From assembly GCF_963921235.1 (NCBI RefSeq), contig NC_086097.1, forward strand, positions 92,816,001 to 92,880,000: a stretch of 64,000 nucleotides of DNA. Direction: 5' to 3'. Of the stretch, positions 1 to 12,075 are shown piece after piece. Source of the stretch: Mobula hypostoma. Its lineage: Eukaryota. Position 1 is the stretch's first letter; every line of letters begins with the position of its first letter. The translations under genes and the position numbers were made by a program. Under the pieces are notes generated by a model. The model was given only the letters and a program-made list of their open reading frames with translations. It was not told the origin of the DNA and made no database searches.

Positions 1-59
1 TACCCCAGCCTAATCATGGGAAGATGTGAGCTTGTCCACTCGGCAGAAGAATCAGAGGT

Positions 60-610
60 GCCAATTTTTTTAAATGGTGACAGTTTGGAAAATGTTTGCA
101 TTAATACAGAGACATGGATGTCCTTCCTTCTAGACAAGTCACTGAAAGCTAACTGTTGGCGAAGCAGGCAATTAGAATGGCAACGCACACTTTAGAATGG
201 CAAATTGATATGTTGGTCTTCATTGCAAGATGATTTGAAGACAAGAGTAAACAAATTCTTACTGTAATTGGTACGAGCATTGGTGACACCACAAATGGCT
301 CGTTGTGTACTGTTTTGGTCTCCTTCCATAATATATGTAAAACTGTTTTAACAAGGCCTGACATAGTAGATATGTGGTAAGATGCTTCCCTGGACAAGGA
401 GTCCAGAATTAGGAGACACAGACATGAAATAAAGCCTATTTGGAGAAGAAATTACTTCACTCAGAAGGGTGGTGAATTCTCTACCCCAGATGGCGGTGGA
501 AACTTTGCCATTATATATATTAGATATGTACTCAGTACAGGAAAATGATGCTGGGTTGGAAGATGAGCCAGAATTTCAACGGCACTACAGACACAGTCCT
601 TCTGCTCGTT
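60..610 (+). mobile_element. Decayed CR1-type LINE 3' portion
   Basis: Resembles the 3' ends of the CR1 copies at 22.6-24.6 kb and 54.4-55.9 kb (e.g. gaagaaattacttcactcagaagggtggtgaattctctacccc). No intact ORF; ends approximate. Confidence 0.6.
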
Positions 611-649
611 TGTTTTGTTTTTATGTTCTCAATGGTTGGGAATTTAACA

Positions 650-1610
650 GTTAATTTGGATGGCACTCATTCTCTGGGAGTGTATTCCTTCCCCAAACTT
701 ACATCACCACATGGGAATTTACCTGACACCTACCTTGGTACTAATTAGTGTTTCTTTTATCTTCTTCTGGAATTGTTCTCACTCCCTGAGATTTCATCTC
801 TTACCTGGATTGAAAACCCTGCTTGGAATTTTATACATTGATTAGGATTACACTCACTGCTTTTGATTTTATCCACCCCCTGTGCTGAGCTCTTTCCCTG
901 ACATAATCCAATTATACAGGGTTTACTGCTTGGCCTTTTAACAGTTACTCAGGCCCAGGGTTTTTTAAACATTTGGAATTGCTGTTATTACCTGCAATGT
1001 TGTCCCTTACATGCACTTGCTCTTGTCTGATTTTATCCATTAATAGGGATGGTAATCTCCTATTTTTCCATTATCTTAGAATTTTATCCCTTCATTTAGA
1101 TTATAGTCCCCATCTGGAATTCTTTGTATTATCTATTGTAATATGTGCCTGAGTTTTATTCCTTAAACTGTCATTATTTTAATCAAATCCATTGGATTTT
1201 ATCTACGAGTTGCTCCTACTACCTGAGTTTCCATCTCTTATCTGGAATTGTGCTCACTTTCTGGGGTTGTTTTCCCTGCTGGAGATTGCAGTGACTACCT
1301 GGAACTTTATATGTCACCGGGATCACATTCCCAATGAGGACCTTTATCCACTTCCTGTGTTTGCAATACTTCCTGGGATTTTGTCTTGAGTCCAAGATTG
1401 TATTCACAGATTGTACCTGGGATTGTACACAGTGTTTGGGATCTTTATCCTTTACTCTGGAATTGCTTTCACTTCCTAGGAGTTTATCACTTGGTTTTAT
1501 TTCTTCCATTATCTGAGATTGCTTCTTCCATTATCTGAAATTGCACCTTGAGTGGGAATTTATCCCCCTCTAAAATTGCAGTCACATGTAGGATTTAGAA
1601 TGATCCCAGT
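650..1610. repeat. Old degenerate minisatellite, unit about 19-21 bp (CTGGAATTGT/CTGGGATTGT core)
   Basis: Variants ctggaatt, ctgggatt, ctgagatt and ttggaatt recur at roughly 20-bp spacing. The pattern resumes at about 2875-3120, beyond the LINE insertion. Confidence 0.55.
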
Positions 1611-1619
1611 CCGCCGATA

Positions 1620-2870
1620 TTTGAATTGAACTGAATTGAATTGACTTTATTACTTACATCCTTCATATACATGAGGAGTAAAAATCTTTACGTTACATCT
1701 CCATCTAAATGTGCAAAGTGCAATTTATAGTAATTTATAATAAATAGTATGCACAACAAGACAGTCAATATAACATAGAAATACAATTATATCAGTATGA
1801 ATTAATCAGTCTGATGGCCTGGTGGAAGAAGCTGTCCAGGAGCCTGTTGTTCCTGGCTTTTATGCTGCAGTACCTTTTCCTGGTTGGTAGCAGCTGGAAC
1901 AGTTTGTGGTTGGGGTGACTCATGTCCCCAGTGATCTTTTTACACACCTGTCTTTGTAAATTTCCTGAATAATGGGAAGTTCACATCTACATATGAGCTG
2001 GGCTGGCCGCACCACTCTCTGCAGAGTCCTGTGATTGAGGGAAGTACAATTCCCATACCAGGCAGTGATGCAGCCAGTCAGGATGCTCTCAATTGTGCCC
2101 CTGTAGAAAGTTCTTAGGACTTGGGGGCCCATACCGAACTTCCTCAACTGTCTGAGCTGAAAGAGACGCTGTTGTGCCTTTTTCACGACACAGCCAGTAT
2201 GTACAGACCACGTGAGATCCTCGATGATGTGTTTGCTGAGGAACTTAAAGCTGTTCACCCTCTCAACCCCAGATCCATTGATGTCAATAGGGATGAGCCT
2301 GTCTCCATTCCTCCTGTCGTCCACATCCAGTTTCTTTGTTTTTGCGACATTGAGAGAGAGGTTGTTTTCGTGACACCACTGTGTCAGGGTGATGACTTCT
2401 TCTCCACAGGCTGTCTCATTATTATTTGAGATTAGGCCAATCAGTGTAGTGCCGTCAGCAAATTTAATTCGCAGATTGGAGCTGTGGGTGGCGAGACAGT
2501 CATGAGTATACAGAGAGTAAAGAAGGGGGCTTAGGACACAGCCCTGAAGGGCTCCTGTATTGAGAGTCAGAGGGTTGGAGGTGAGGGAGCCCACTCTTAC
2601 CACCTGCCGGTGATCTGACAGGAAGTCCAGGATCCAGCTGCACGAGGCAGGGTGAAGGCCAAGGTCTCTGAGCTTCTTGTCGAGCCTGGAGGGAACAATG
2701 GTGTTGAATGCTGAACTGTCGTCCAAGAACAGTATTCTCACATAAGCACCCTTCTTCTCCAGGTGTGTAAGGACAGTGTGTAGAGCTGTGGCTATTGCGT
2801 CATCTGTTGATTGGTTGTGTCAGTGGGCGAAATGTACGGGGTCCAGTATGGGTGATAGCGTGCTGCATGT
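1620..2870 (-). mobile_element. 5'-truncated Rex1/Babar-like non-LTR retrotransposon (RT fragment)
   Basis: ORF 1920-2741(-) has RT motifs SSAFNTI, QGCVLSPLLYSLYTHDC and KFADGT (catalytic DD mutated). The 3' tail reads aataaagtcaattcaattcagttcaattcaa on the minus strand at about 1621-1651. Confidence 0.9.
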
Positions 2871-3154
2871 GGACCATTATGTGAGATTCTGTGCTAATTC
2901 AGATTGGTGAAGAACGTATCCAGTAGTTGCAGTTGTTTCCAGTACTCCCTGACTAGGAGTTTCACCCAGCTTTTTCAATTATACTCGCTTCTCAGTGTTC
3001 CAGTCTATACCCAAGCTGGAAGTTTATACCATCTCTCTGGAATTGTACCTGATTTTTGGACCATCTGCTGCTGTTCTCAGCATTTGGGAATGCATCCAGA
3101 ATTTGGATTAATGCTAATGCGTGAATGTGCCTGTTGCAACTATTCTGTAGCTGG

Positions 3155-3400
3155 TCATAGAGTCATGAAGCATGGAAGCAGGTCCTTACGTCCAACATTC
3201 CATACCATCTAAGCTAGTCCCATTTGCCTGCATTTGGCCTGTATCCCTCTAAACCTTTCCTCTCTGTGTACCTATCCAAGTACCTTTTAAATGTTGTTAA
3301 TCTACCTGCCTCAGCTATTTCCTCTCATTCCACATACTGATCGACCTCTGAGTGAAAACTTTGATCCCCAGGTTCCTATTTAATGTCTATCATCTCACCT
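3155..3400 (-). mobile_element. CR1-type LINE 3' end fragment
   Basis: catagagtcat...ctagtcccatttgcctgcatttggcctgtatccctctaaacctttcc matches other CR1 3' ends in the window. Confidence 0.65.
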
Positions 3401-3481
3401 TGACTAACAAAGCCAGCATTTATTGCTCATCCCTAATTGATCTTGAAAAGATGGTGATGAGTTGCCTTCCATTTGTCCATA

Positions 3482-4309
3482 ACCATGAGTATCCTTGGCC
3501 AATTTTTCTATTGAAGTGAGCTGCCACTTCTGGGCAGTGTCTTTGCAGGACAGGTGATCCCAGCCATTATCAGTACTCTTCAGAGATTGTCCTCCTGGCA
3601 TCAGTAGTTGCATAATCAGGACTCGTGATGTGCATCAGTTGCTCGTATGACCATCTACCACCAGCTCCCATGGCTTTATCTGACCCTGATTGGAGGGTGG
3701 GGGGTTTCTAAGCAGGTGCTACAACTTGCCCAAGGGTGAACTGCAGGCTACCAGAGGGAAGGAGTGCCTGAAGGCTGATTTATACTTCATACTAGGTATG
3801 GCGTAGCCGCGAACCCTATGCAGTGCCTATGCGGATCCCTACGCCGTAGCCTGACATGCACCTTTCCCAAAATGTAACTACGCATCACGGCAGCGCAGAC
3901 TGCAACAACTGTGATTGGTCCGCTTGGTAGCATCGCATTTCCTCCTACGCTGCAATAGCTTCCCATTGGGCGACTGAAGGGCAGGGAAGGAACTCTGGCT
4001 GCAATGCTTTCCATAAAGCTTTACAGACCTCCGAAATTATGGAGGACACATTTCGCTTTTACAAAAAAAGACACTCGCTTTAAACTTGTTTACTCTGAGA
4101 AAGACTACTATGACCGTGAAGCCTTGCACGGGCAGATGTGTGCGCATGCGTGACATGCGTGAATTGCAGAGCAATGCAGACACACCAACGCACAAGTATA
4201 AATGCTCACAACAGCATTGCCCTCTTGCGTAGGCTACGGTGCAAGTTTGACGCAGAAGTATAAATAAGCCTTTAGACCGTCTTTGGTAGAGATGGATCTC
4301 CACCCCACC
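3482..4309 (-). mobile_element. Non-autonomous RTE-type repeat (about 350-400 bp family), interrupted by a Harbinger MITE
   Basis: Reverse complement aligns with the copies at 19397, 25790, 32283 and 61117/63427. It sits inside an older LINE 3' end (about 3405-4690). Confidence 0.8.
3772..4271. mobile_element. PIF/Harbinger-type MITE (500 bp)
   Basis: TIRs AGGCTGATTTATACTTC (3772-3788) and GAAGTATAAATAAGCCT (4255-4271), 16/17 match. Flanks TGA/TTA fit a 3-bp TWA target duplication with one change. The host repeat continues on both sides. Confidence 0.85.
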
Positions 4310-4699
4310 TTCTTAAACCATTGCGTTTATTCTGGGGAAGATACACCCACTCTGCTGTTGGAGAGAAAGGTCCAGGATTTAGACCCAGTGACAATAAAGG
4401 TTCAAAAATAGATTTCCAAATTAGAATGGTGAATAATTTGGAGGGGAACCTGTGGGTGATGGATCCTGTCCTCCTTAATGGTTGAGGGCACAAGTTTGGG
4501 AGGTGCTGTCAGATCGGTCTGGCGGGGGGGGAGGGAGAGAATGTTGTGCATTTTGTAGATGCTTCCCTCTACAGCCACTGTGCACAGTTGTGGAGGGAAT
4601 AAACACTCAAGGGTGAGAGATAGTGTTGGGAGCCAATCAATTGGCTGCTTTCCCTGGATGATGTTGAAGCTCTTGGAAGTTAGAACTGCACTTATCCAA

Positions 4700-4922
4700 T
4701 CACAAACAAGAGAAAATCTGCAGATGCTGGAAATCCGAGCAACACACACAAAATGCTGGAGGAACTCAGCAGGCCGGGCAGCATCTAGGAAAGGAGTACA
4801 GTCGACGTTTTGGGTCGAAAATTTCTGGCAGGACTCAAAGGGTTTTGACCAGAAACGTCGACCGTACTCTTTCCCTCGATGCTGCCCGACCTGCTGAGTT
4901 TCTCCAGCATTTTGTGTGTGTA
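4700..4922. mobile_element. Fold-back (inverted pair) of Penelope-like element 3' ends
   Basis: Arm acacacaaaatgctggaggaactcagcagg...gtcgacgtt is followed by its reverse complement aacgtcgac...cctgctgagtttctccagcattttgtgtgtg. Confidence 0.8.
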
Positions 4923-5619
4923 CTGCACTTATCCAGACAATTCTGTAGTGGCAAACAAACTTGGGAGCATGAGGAGGGGGATTTCCTACTGCATTATTCT
5001 GGCTATTGCACTTACCTGGCTGATCTATTTGAACATGTCATGTCACAGGAAGAAACCTGTTATCCCGTCAGATCCATCCCATCAGTCCCATTCCCTTTCT
5101 TATTTTCCACTTAAATGCCTTTCTTAATTAAATGCCTTGTTGAGCCATTTCAGAGAGTTAACCAGATTGTTGGGGTCTTTAGTCAAAATACACCAAGCTT
5201 CCTTTTCCATTTAAGATTATTGTCACAGGTATACATACCCATGAAAATGAGTTTACAGCAATAATATAGTACATTGCAAACATAAACTATATACACTGCA
5301 AAATAAACATAATAATGTCAGTACAAGTTGGGAAAGAGAAAAGGTGAATAAGCTGAATTCCCGTTCACTGGCTTCAAGGTCACCATACCTGGCTCCAGCT
5401 CATTTCACAAATACACTAATATTGTACAGTTGCCTTGCTGGGAATAAATTTATAGTCTTGGCTCCTGAGTTACTTTATGTGTGAATAAACCACTACACCC
5501 GCTTCATCTGAAATTATTCTTACACTTTGGCAAATCATTTTCAGCTTTTTCACCAATTACGTTCCCTGCAAAAATTAACTTGCTGATCACACAAAGCCAG
5601 GCAGCAGCAGGGACTATGA

Positions 5620-6610
5620 GGAGGGCACGGAGAATATGGGCAGGGTGAGAAAACAGGCAAGGACATGGAAGATGGAGTCTAATGCAGAAAGAAAGTGAGG
5701 CCATCCTCACTGGTAGAAAAAGAGAAGGCTGATACTTTTCAAAATGGTGTTGGATTGTTCGGTGTTAGTGTCCTGAGGGATCTGGATATCCTTAGAACAT
5801 AGAACAGCACAGCACTGTACAAGCGTTTCAACCCATGATGTTGTGTTGAACTTTTAACCTACTCTATGATCAACCTAACCCTTCCCTCCCACAAAACCCT
5901 TCATTTTTCTTTCATCCGTGTGCCTATCCAAGAGCTTCTTAAATGTCCCTAATGTATTTGCCTCTACCACCACATCTGTCAGTACGTTCCATGTACCTAC
6001 CATGCTCGGTGTTTTTAAAAAAAAATGCCTCTGACATCTCCTTTATACCTTCCATCAATCACCTTAAAATTATGTTCTCTCATATTAGCCATTTTCACCC
6101 TGGGAGAAAGTATTTGACTACCCACTCTATCAATGCTTCTTATCATCTTGTACACCTCTATCAAGTCATCTCTTATCTCTCTTCAGTCCAAAGGAAATAG
6201 CCCTGGCTCGCTCAACTTATCCTGATAAGACATGCTCTCTAACCAGATGAGACTGCATCTGGAATATTGTGTAAAGCCCAATCTCCCTAAATAAAATGGA
6301 TACACTTACAATAAGGGATGTACAGAAAAGGTCCACCAGCTCAATTTCTATGATGGACTGCTTGGTCCTATGAGAAGAAATTAAGCAAACTGGACGATTG
6401 GACCCATTTAGAACATCAGGAGGAGATCTCATTGAAGCTCGCAAGAATCTTAAAGGGCTTGTGTAACTAAATGTGGACTTAGTGTTTCCCTTGACAGGGA
6501 TGACAGTCTTAAAACAAGGGTCAGCCTTTTAGGATAGAAATGAGAAGAAATATCTGATTTGTGAACACTTGAATTCTCTATCGCGGAGGGCTAGGGAGGC
6601 TTAGATTCAG
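5620..6610. mobile_element. Nested CR1 fragments (older + copy interrupted by a - strand CR1 3' end at about 5795-6245)
   Basis: A tagaacatagaac tail and CR1 3' UTR lie on the minus strand. The flanks resemble CR1 ORF2 C-terminal coding sequence. Confidence 0.65.
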
Positions 6611-7373
6611 AAGTCTATACTGTCTTTGTACATTATGAGTAATGGTCCTAGTACTAAAATTGTGCTAACCACCCCTATCCTCCTCCTTCCCCCTGAACTC
6701 TGTTTTCTGCCTTGGAGTCAAATTCTTCTACCTATATCCTTAATTCACATTCTCTGATGTATTCTTTCCAAACTATCACATCAAAGACCTTTTAAAAATA
6801 GATGAATTGTATCTACTGCAATGCCATTATCTACTCGGCAAAAAAAAATTCATAAAGCTGATCAAGCAAAACTCCCTTTTGATATCTGCCAACTTGTCAC
6901 TTTTATTCTTGTCACTCTTACAACGCTTGTAATCTCTCTGTTGGTAGACTTCCCATTGTTCTCCCTACTGCCTCCCCTCCTGTTGAGACTCTAACAGCAC
7001 CTTCTTCCATGATGAAGGGTGATACAAAGCACTCACTTTCTATTCCAGCAGTGTCTATGAGGCTCTGCATCAATTATTTTGTTTTCATCCCTTGTTGCTC
7101 GGGTTATTACCTACGAGGTTTGAGAAGTATTTGGGGTTCCCTTGTATATTTTTATTTCCATTCTCTGAGTTATTTTCTATTTTTCTTCTCTTGGCTTCCT
7201 ATATTCACTCTAGTTCTCATTTGACTTATTCATCTATTACAATTTATACAATCCTATTATCAATTATCTCATTTATTATGCAGGGAGCCCCAGTTTTGAT
7301 TCTCTTACCTATACCTGAACCATCTCTTTTTACAATTCACCTATTGCGCAGTAATAGTTTTACTTTATCAATA

Positions 7374-7883
7374 CAGTGGATTCTGGTTAATTGAGCAAGT
7401 TAGAACTGTTTTGCTCACTGTGGTTTCAAGTATTCAGGCTTATAGATGCCAGAAACGATCGGGAGTGAAAATGAAACAATTTCACTACTTCTACAAGTTA
7501 GGAACAATGAACAATTTGAAGTTACCAACAATCATCTTGCATATTACAATGGAAATTGAGATTTGGAGAATGCCATCATTGATAGCATTGTATGAAGGCA
7601 ATCCATTGTCTGCACTAGGTGTCCTTTCTGATTTTGTTCAGTGCATGCACTGGATGAATTCCTCTGTTGATAACTATTAGGAACTAACACACAGTTTTAT
7701 AGTATTGTAGTACTATTGGTAGTGTTCTAATTTGTTCTGTTTTTCTATTTAAATAAATAATTTGTTACTCGGTTTGTCTTTTTTACCTTTTTGACTTCAT
7801 GAAGCATCAGCTAATTTGAGCAGCCGCTTGACTGAGCCAAAATATGCTGGTGCCGATGTGTCCCAATTAACTGGAATCTGCTG
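7374..7883. mobile_element. Tigger/pogo-like non-autonomous DNA transposon
   Basis: Imperfect TIRs CAGTGGATTCTGGTTAATTG and CAATTAACTGGAATCTGCTG, flanked by TA on both sides (7372-7373, 7884-7885). Confidence 0.75.
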
Positions 7884-8295
7884 TATTTGTTTCCACTCTT
7901 CTGGCCATCCCACTGAATTCAGTCCTCCTTCAATAAGGAGTTCTTTTTAAAAATTCTCCTTATGCTATGATTAGTTTAGGTTTATTCTCGTTAACTAGTA
8001 TTGAATTTGAATCTGAGATTGCCGCTGGGATCTGAAATTGGATGCACTTTTTGCTATTGTGCGCATATTTTGGATTATGCTCGCTAGCTAGTGTTGCACC
8101 TGGATCTTGAGAGTGGAATGGTGCAGATGCAGACACACCCATCCCTGAGCAATTAGACAAGGTCATCCGAGTCTTGAGGATCAGGAACAGGTCCTTCAAT
8201 CCACTAATCCATCCGTTTCTACTATCCTATATTATCCCATTTTATTTATCTCCACCAACACACCAGTTGAAAAGTATAATGACCAATTGAGAAAA

Positions 8296-8708
8296 TAGCA
8301 TTGTGCAAAAGTCTTAGGCACATATATATAGCTAGGGTGCCCAAGACTTTTACACAGTATTGTATTTGTCAAAGTGAAGTGGAGAGCAAGTTTGTAAATC
8401 TGATGGGAGCAAAGGATGTGCAAGGGTGGAGCGTCGTGGGAGGGTGTGGGAGATCTGGCAGAGAAGAAGCATTAGTGGCAGGGGTGGTGTGGGTTCAGAC
8501 ACACCCAGGCAAGGTCGTTTGATTCCAAGCTATTAGATTATTGATCATTACAGAATGTCTCCCTGGTGCTTCCTGCTCCTTCCCCTCTCCCCTCCGCTTT
8601 TCCCAACCATGATTCCCCTCTCCCTGCCCCCGTCCCACTCTCAGTCGACAGTAGGGACCCAGATCAGAATCAGGTTCATTATCACTCACATATGTCGTGA
8701 AGTTTGTT
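8296..8708 (+). mobile_element. Truncated copy of composite Tc1-type MITE
   Basis: Begins with a 67-bp palindrome (tgtgcaaaagtcttaggcac...gtgcccaagacttttacaca). Its interior aligns with the reverse complement of about 30050-30488. Confidence 0.8.
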
Positions 8709-9354
8709 CCATACCATCAGCAGCCACTGTTAGGATTGAACCTGGGTCATCGGAGATGAGAAGCAGCAGCTCTACCAGCTGTGCCATTGAGTCGTTCATG
8801 TGGCTGAGCCATACTACATCATGGCTTACAAGGTTACATCGTGACTGTAGTGGAGATAATTTTAATAACAATAAGGTTAACAGTCATTTGGATGTGAGTG
8901 AGGTGATCACTGGAAGACAGCAAAGATTTGTAAAAGACAAATCATATTTAATTAGCCTTATTGGGTTCTTTGAGATCAACAGAGAGTAATGAAGAAGATG
9001 ATATGAATTGAGTAGACTTCCAAAAGGGATTTCACAAAGTGCCATGTAACGTTATCAGCAGAATTCAAACCCTTGGATTAAAAGGGCAGTGACAACATAT
9101 ATCTGATTAATACTAAGCAACAATAAGCAGTCATAGTGAATGATTTGCTTTCAGACAAGAGGAAGGTAGACAGTATTATACTCCAAGGGGACTGACTTGG
9201 GATCATTGTCTTTCCCGATATATTGTAGATCTTGATGTAGAGGGGACTATTTCAGAATTTGAGAATGTCATGGTGCAGTGAACGAGATACACCAAATCAG
9301 ATTAAATTTAATACAGAAAAGGATAAAGTGATAGATCTTGGTGGGTGGATAAAG

Positions 9355-9677
9355 GTTCAAATTGTTCAATTTAATATCAGAAAATGTATACAGTGTACAA
9401 CCTGAAATTCTTACTCATCACAGACATCCACAACACAAGAAACCCCATTGAAAGAATAATAGAAACGCCAGAACCCCAAAGCCCCCCATCCCTCTCCCCC
9501 TTGCAGTGTATAAGCAGCAGCAGAAGCATTACCCTCCCCCTCCCCCACCTGTGCCAGAAGAAGGACCGACCCCCCCCAACCATGCAAGCAACCACAAAAG
9601 CCCCCCAAAGAGACCTTGATCTAGAGTCTGCAAAATGGCACCAGTGGCTTTTGCAGATCTGGCGCCATCTTTCTTAG
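9355..9677 (-). mobile_element. Short non-autonomous LINE-derived element (aagatggcg start, LINE-type tail)
   Basis: Minus strand starts aagatggcgccag and ends ctgatattaaattgaacaatttgaacc. A similarly built repeat lies at about 15455-16525. Confidence 0.5.
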
Positions 9678-9841
9678 CTTCTCCTCCATAAAGGAGAGGC
9701 AATCGGGCAATAGTTAGATTTCATTATTCTCTTTCGAGGGGACAGTTCTGATTAAGGACTACAGCCATGCAAGTATAGAGGTGTATGATTGTCTGATAGT
9801 GATAAGACAGTTTGATAAATTGATTACAGTGCACACTTATA

Positions 9842-10412
9842 CACTCAGTGGCCACTTTATTAGGTACACCTGTACACCTGCTTATTAATAAAATATCTAA
9901 TCAGCCAATCATGTGGCAGCAACTCACTGTTTAAGGGCATGCAGACATAGTCAAGAGGGTCAGTTGTTATTCAGACCAAACATCAGAATGGGGAAGAAAG
10001 GTGATCTCAGTGACCTTGACTGTGGAATGCTTGTTGGTGCCAGACAGGGCTGTTTGAGTACCTCAGACACAGCTGATCTCCTGGGATTTTCACACACAAC
10101 AGTCTCCAGAGTTTACAGAGAATGGTGCATAAAAGAAAGAAGAACATCCAGTGAGTGGCAGTTCTGTGGGCAAAAACACCTTATTATTGAGACAGGTCAG
10201 AGGAGAATGGCCAGACTGATTCAAGCTGACAGGAAGGTGACGGTACCTCAAGTCACCATGTGTTATGACAGTGGTGTGCAGAAGAGCATCTCTGAACATA
10301 CAACACATCAAACTTTGAAGTGGATGGGCCACTGCAGCAAAAGACCAAAAACATACACCAATGGCAAACTTTATTAGCTGCAGAAGGTACCTAATAAAGT
10401 AGTCACCGAGTG
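9842..10412 (+). mobile_element. Tc1-like non-autonomous transposon (571 bp) with transposase N-terminal domain
   Basis: 26-bp TIRs CACTCAGTGGCCACTTTATTAGGTAC and GTACCTAATAAAGTAGTCACCGAGTG, TA on both flanks. ORF 9988-10377 (MGKKGDLSD...ADLLGFSHTTVSRVYREW...GQRRMARL) is a Tc1 paired-like DNA-binding region with no DDE domain. Confidence 0.92.
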
Positions 10413-12075
10413 TATATTGATCAAACACTGCCCAGCACCAAGATACAAATCTGTTCCTAATTGGACTATGGTGTTCAATTATGTTCAACACACTTGAGGA
10501 AGGATATGAAGGAGTTGGAGAGGGTGGATGATTTCAAGGATGAGGGAGTTAACCAATTTGTGCAAAATTTTTGAAGTTGGGGTTTGTTCCCCTTGGTGGA
10601 CAGAGGCTATGAGGAGTTGTGATAGACATGTTCAGACTATTGTGAAGTTTGGAAAATGATATTACAGGGAAACTCACATAGAACATCCTAAAATCAGAGG
10701 GTGCTAGTTGTCGAAAGAATGAGAGGTGACACAAGAAAATGTTTATTTTCATGTTGTAGGTGGAACACCTTGATGGAGGTAGGCTTTAAGAGCAGGATTG
10801 CATCAGGACTTAAAGAAAAAAGTCTGGAAGGCATCGAGGAAGAGCAGATTAGGAGCAGCAGTACTGCTCTCTCAGGGAGTTGGCACTGAGTGACAGCCTC
10901 CTGTGCTAGCATTCCATGAATATTCAATTTCACTACATTTAGAGCCCTGGGAAAATAGCAGAATGAAATTAGTTCACCATATGAAAGCATTTAAAAGTTG
11001 TTTGACAACTTGGTATGTGACAGATGAGAGAATGAATTGGAATATGGTGAAGTCTGGTGAAATCTGTCTCCCTTCTACGCTGTAGGTCCTTTCACGTTCT
11101 TCTCATATTTGATATTGATACACTATTATTCAGACTGTTTACTTCCATTACCCGAGAATTCCTCAACTCATCTGTCATCAAGAAGTGGATTCTCATTACG
11201 TCTGCACTGCTTCAGGGCCTGCCCATTGTTGGCCACCCACCACTATCCTTAAACTTAAGGTAGTTCAAAACTGTGCTGCCCATGCCCTGCCTCACAGCAA
11301 GCGCATACATCCATCATCGCTCAGCGTTCTGATTTGCAGTGGATAGGAATTACTATTGCCAAGCAAGCCCCACCTCCACCTTCAATATCCTGGCAGTCAC
11401 CAATGACCAGAAACTCAACCAGACTGACACATAAACACCATTGCTACATGGGAAGGTAACTGCCTGGGTATCTCACAGTGCCTCACCTCCTGGCACACCA
11501 AGACCTTCCCAACATCTACAAAGGCACAAGCCAGGAGTGTGGTGGAATATGTTTTACTTGCCTTGTTTTACTGGATAAGAGTGGTGCTAAAACTGTCAAG
11601 ATGTTCAACACCAGTCAAGACAAAACAGCTCACTCAGTTAGGACCTATGCAACACCCTAAACACCCTCCACCACCAGCACACCGTAATTGTAGTGTATGG
11701 CATCTATAAAATACACTGTAGGCTTCTCAGACAGTACCTCCTAAACCCCCAAAGATCACCACCACCCACTACTCTTTATCCAGATCACTTATTATTCTGA
11801 CTTGGAAATACATTGCTAGACCTTCATTGAAAATAGGTTTAAATCCTGGGCCTTGCTGGCAACAACCAAATCCCAAAAAATGATCAAATAAACATGAAGT
11901 TCCATGAGCAGTTTTGTTATGCTGATTTGGTTGGATCAGAATTGAGACAACTGCTTAAAAAACAGAGAAGGTCATAGGACCATTGTGCTACTATGCTAGT
12001 CAGATTGTTCTTCGTTTTCATTCATTTGTGGATGTGGACAACTCCACGTTTAGTAACCATTCTTCAGAACATGAT

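Larger units (their letters stand above)
8870..10920 (+). mobile_element. Highly decayed CR1 RT region, interrupted by younger insertions
   Basis: Residual motifs: QQRFVKDKSYLISLIGFFE, gacttccaaaagggatttcacaaagtgcc (DFQKAFDKVP-like), and a CR1 3' end near 10850-10920. Confidence 0.6.
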
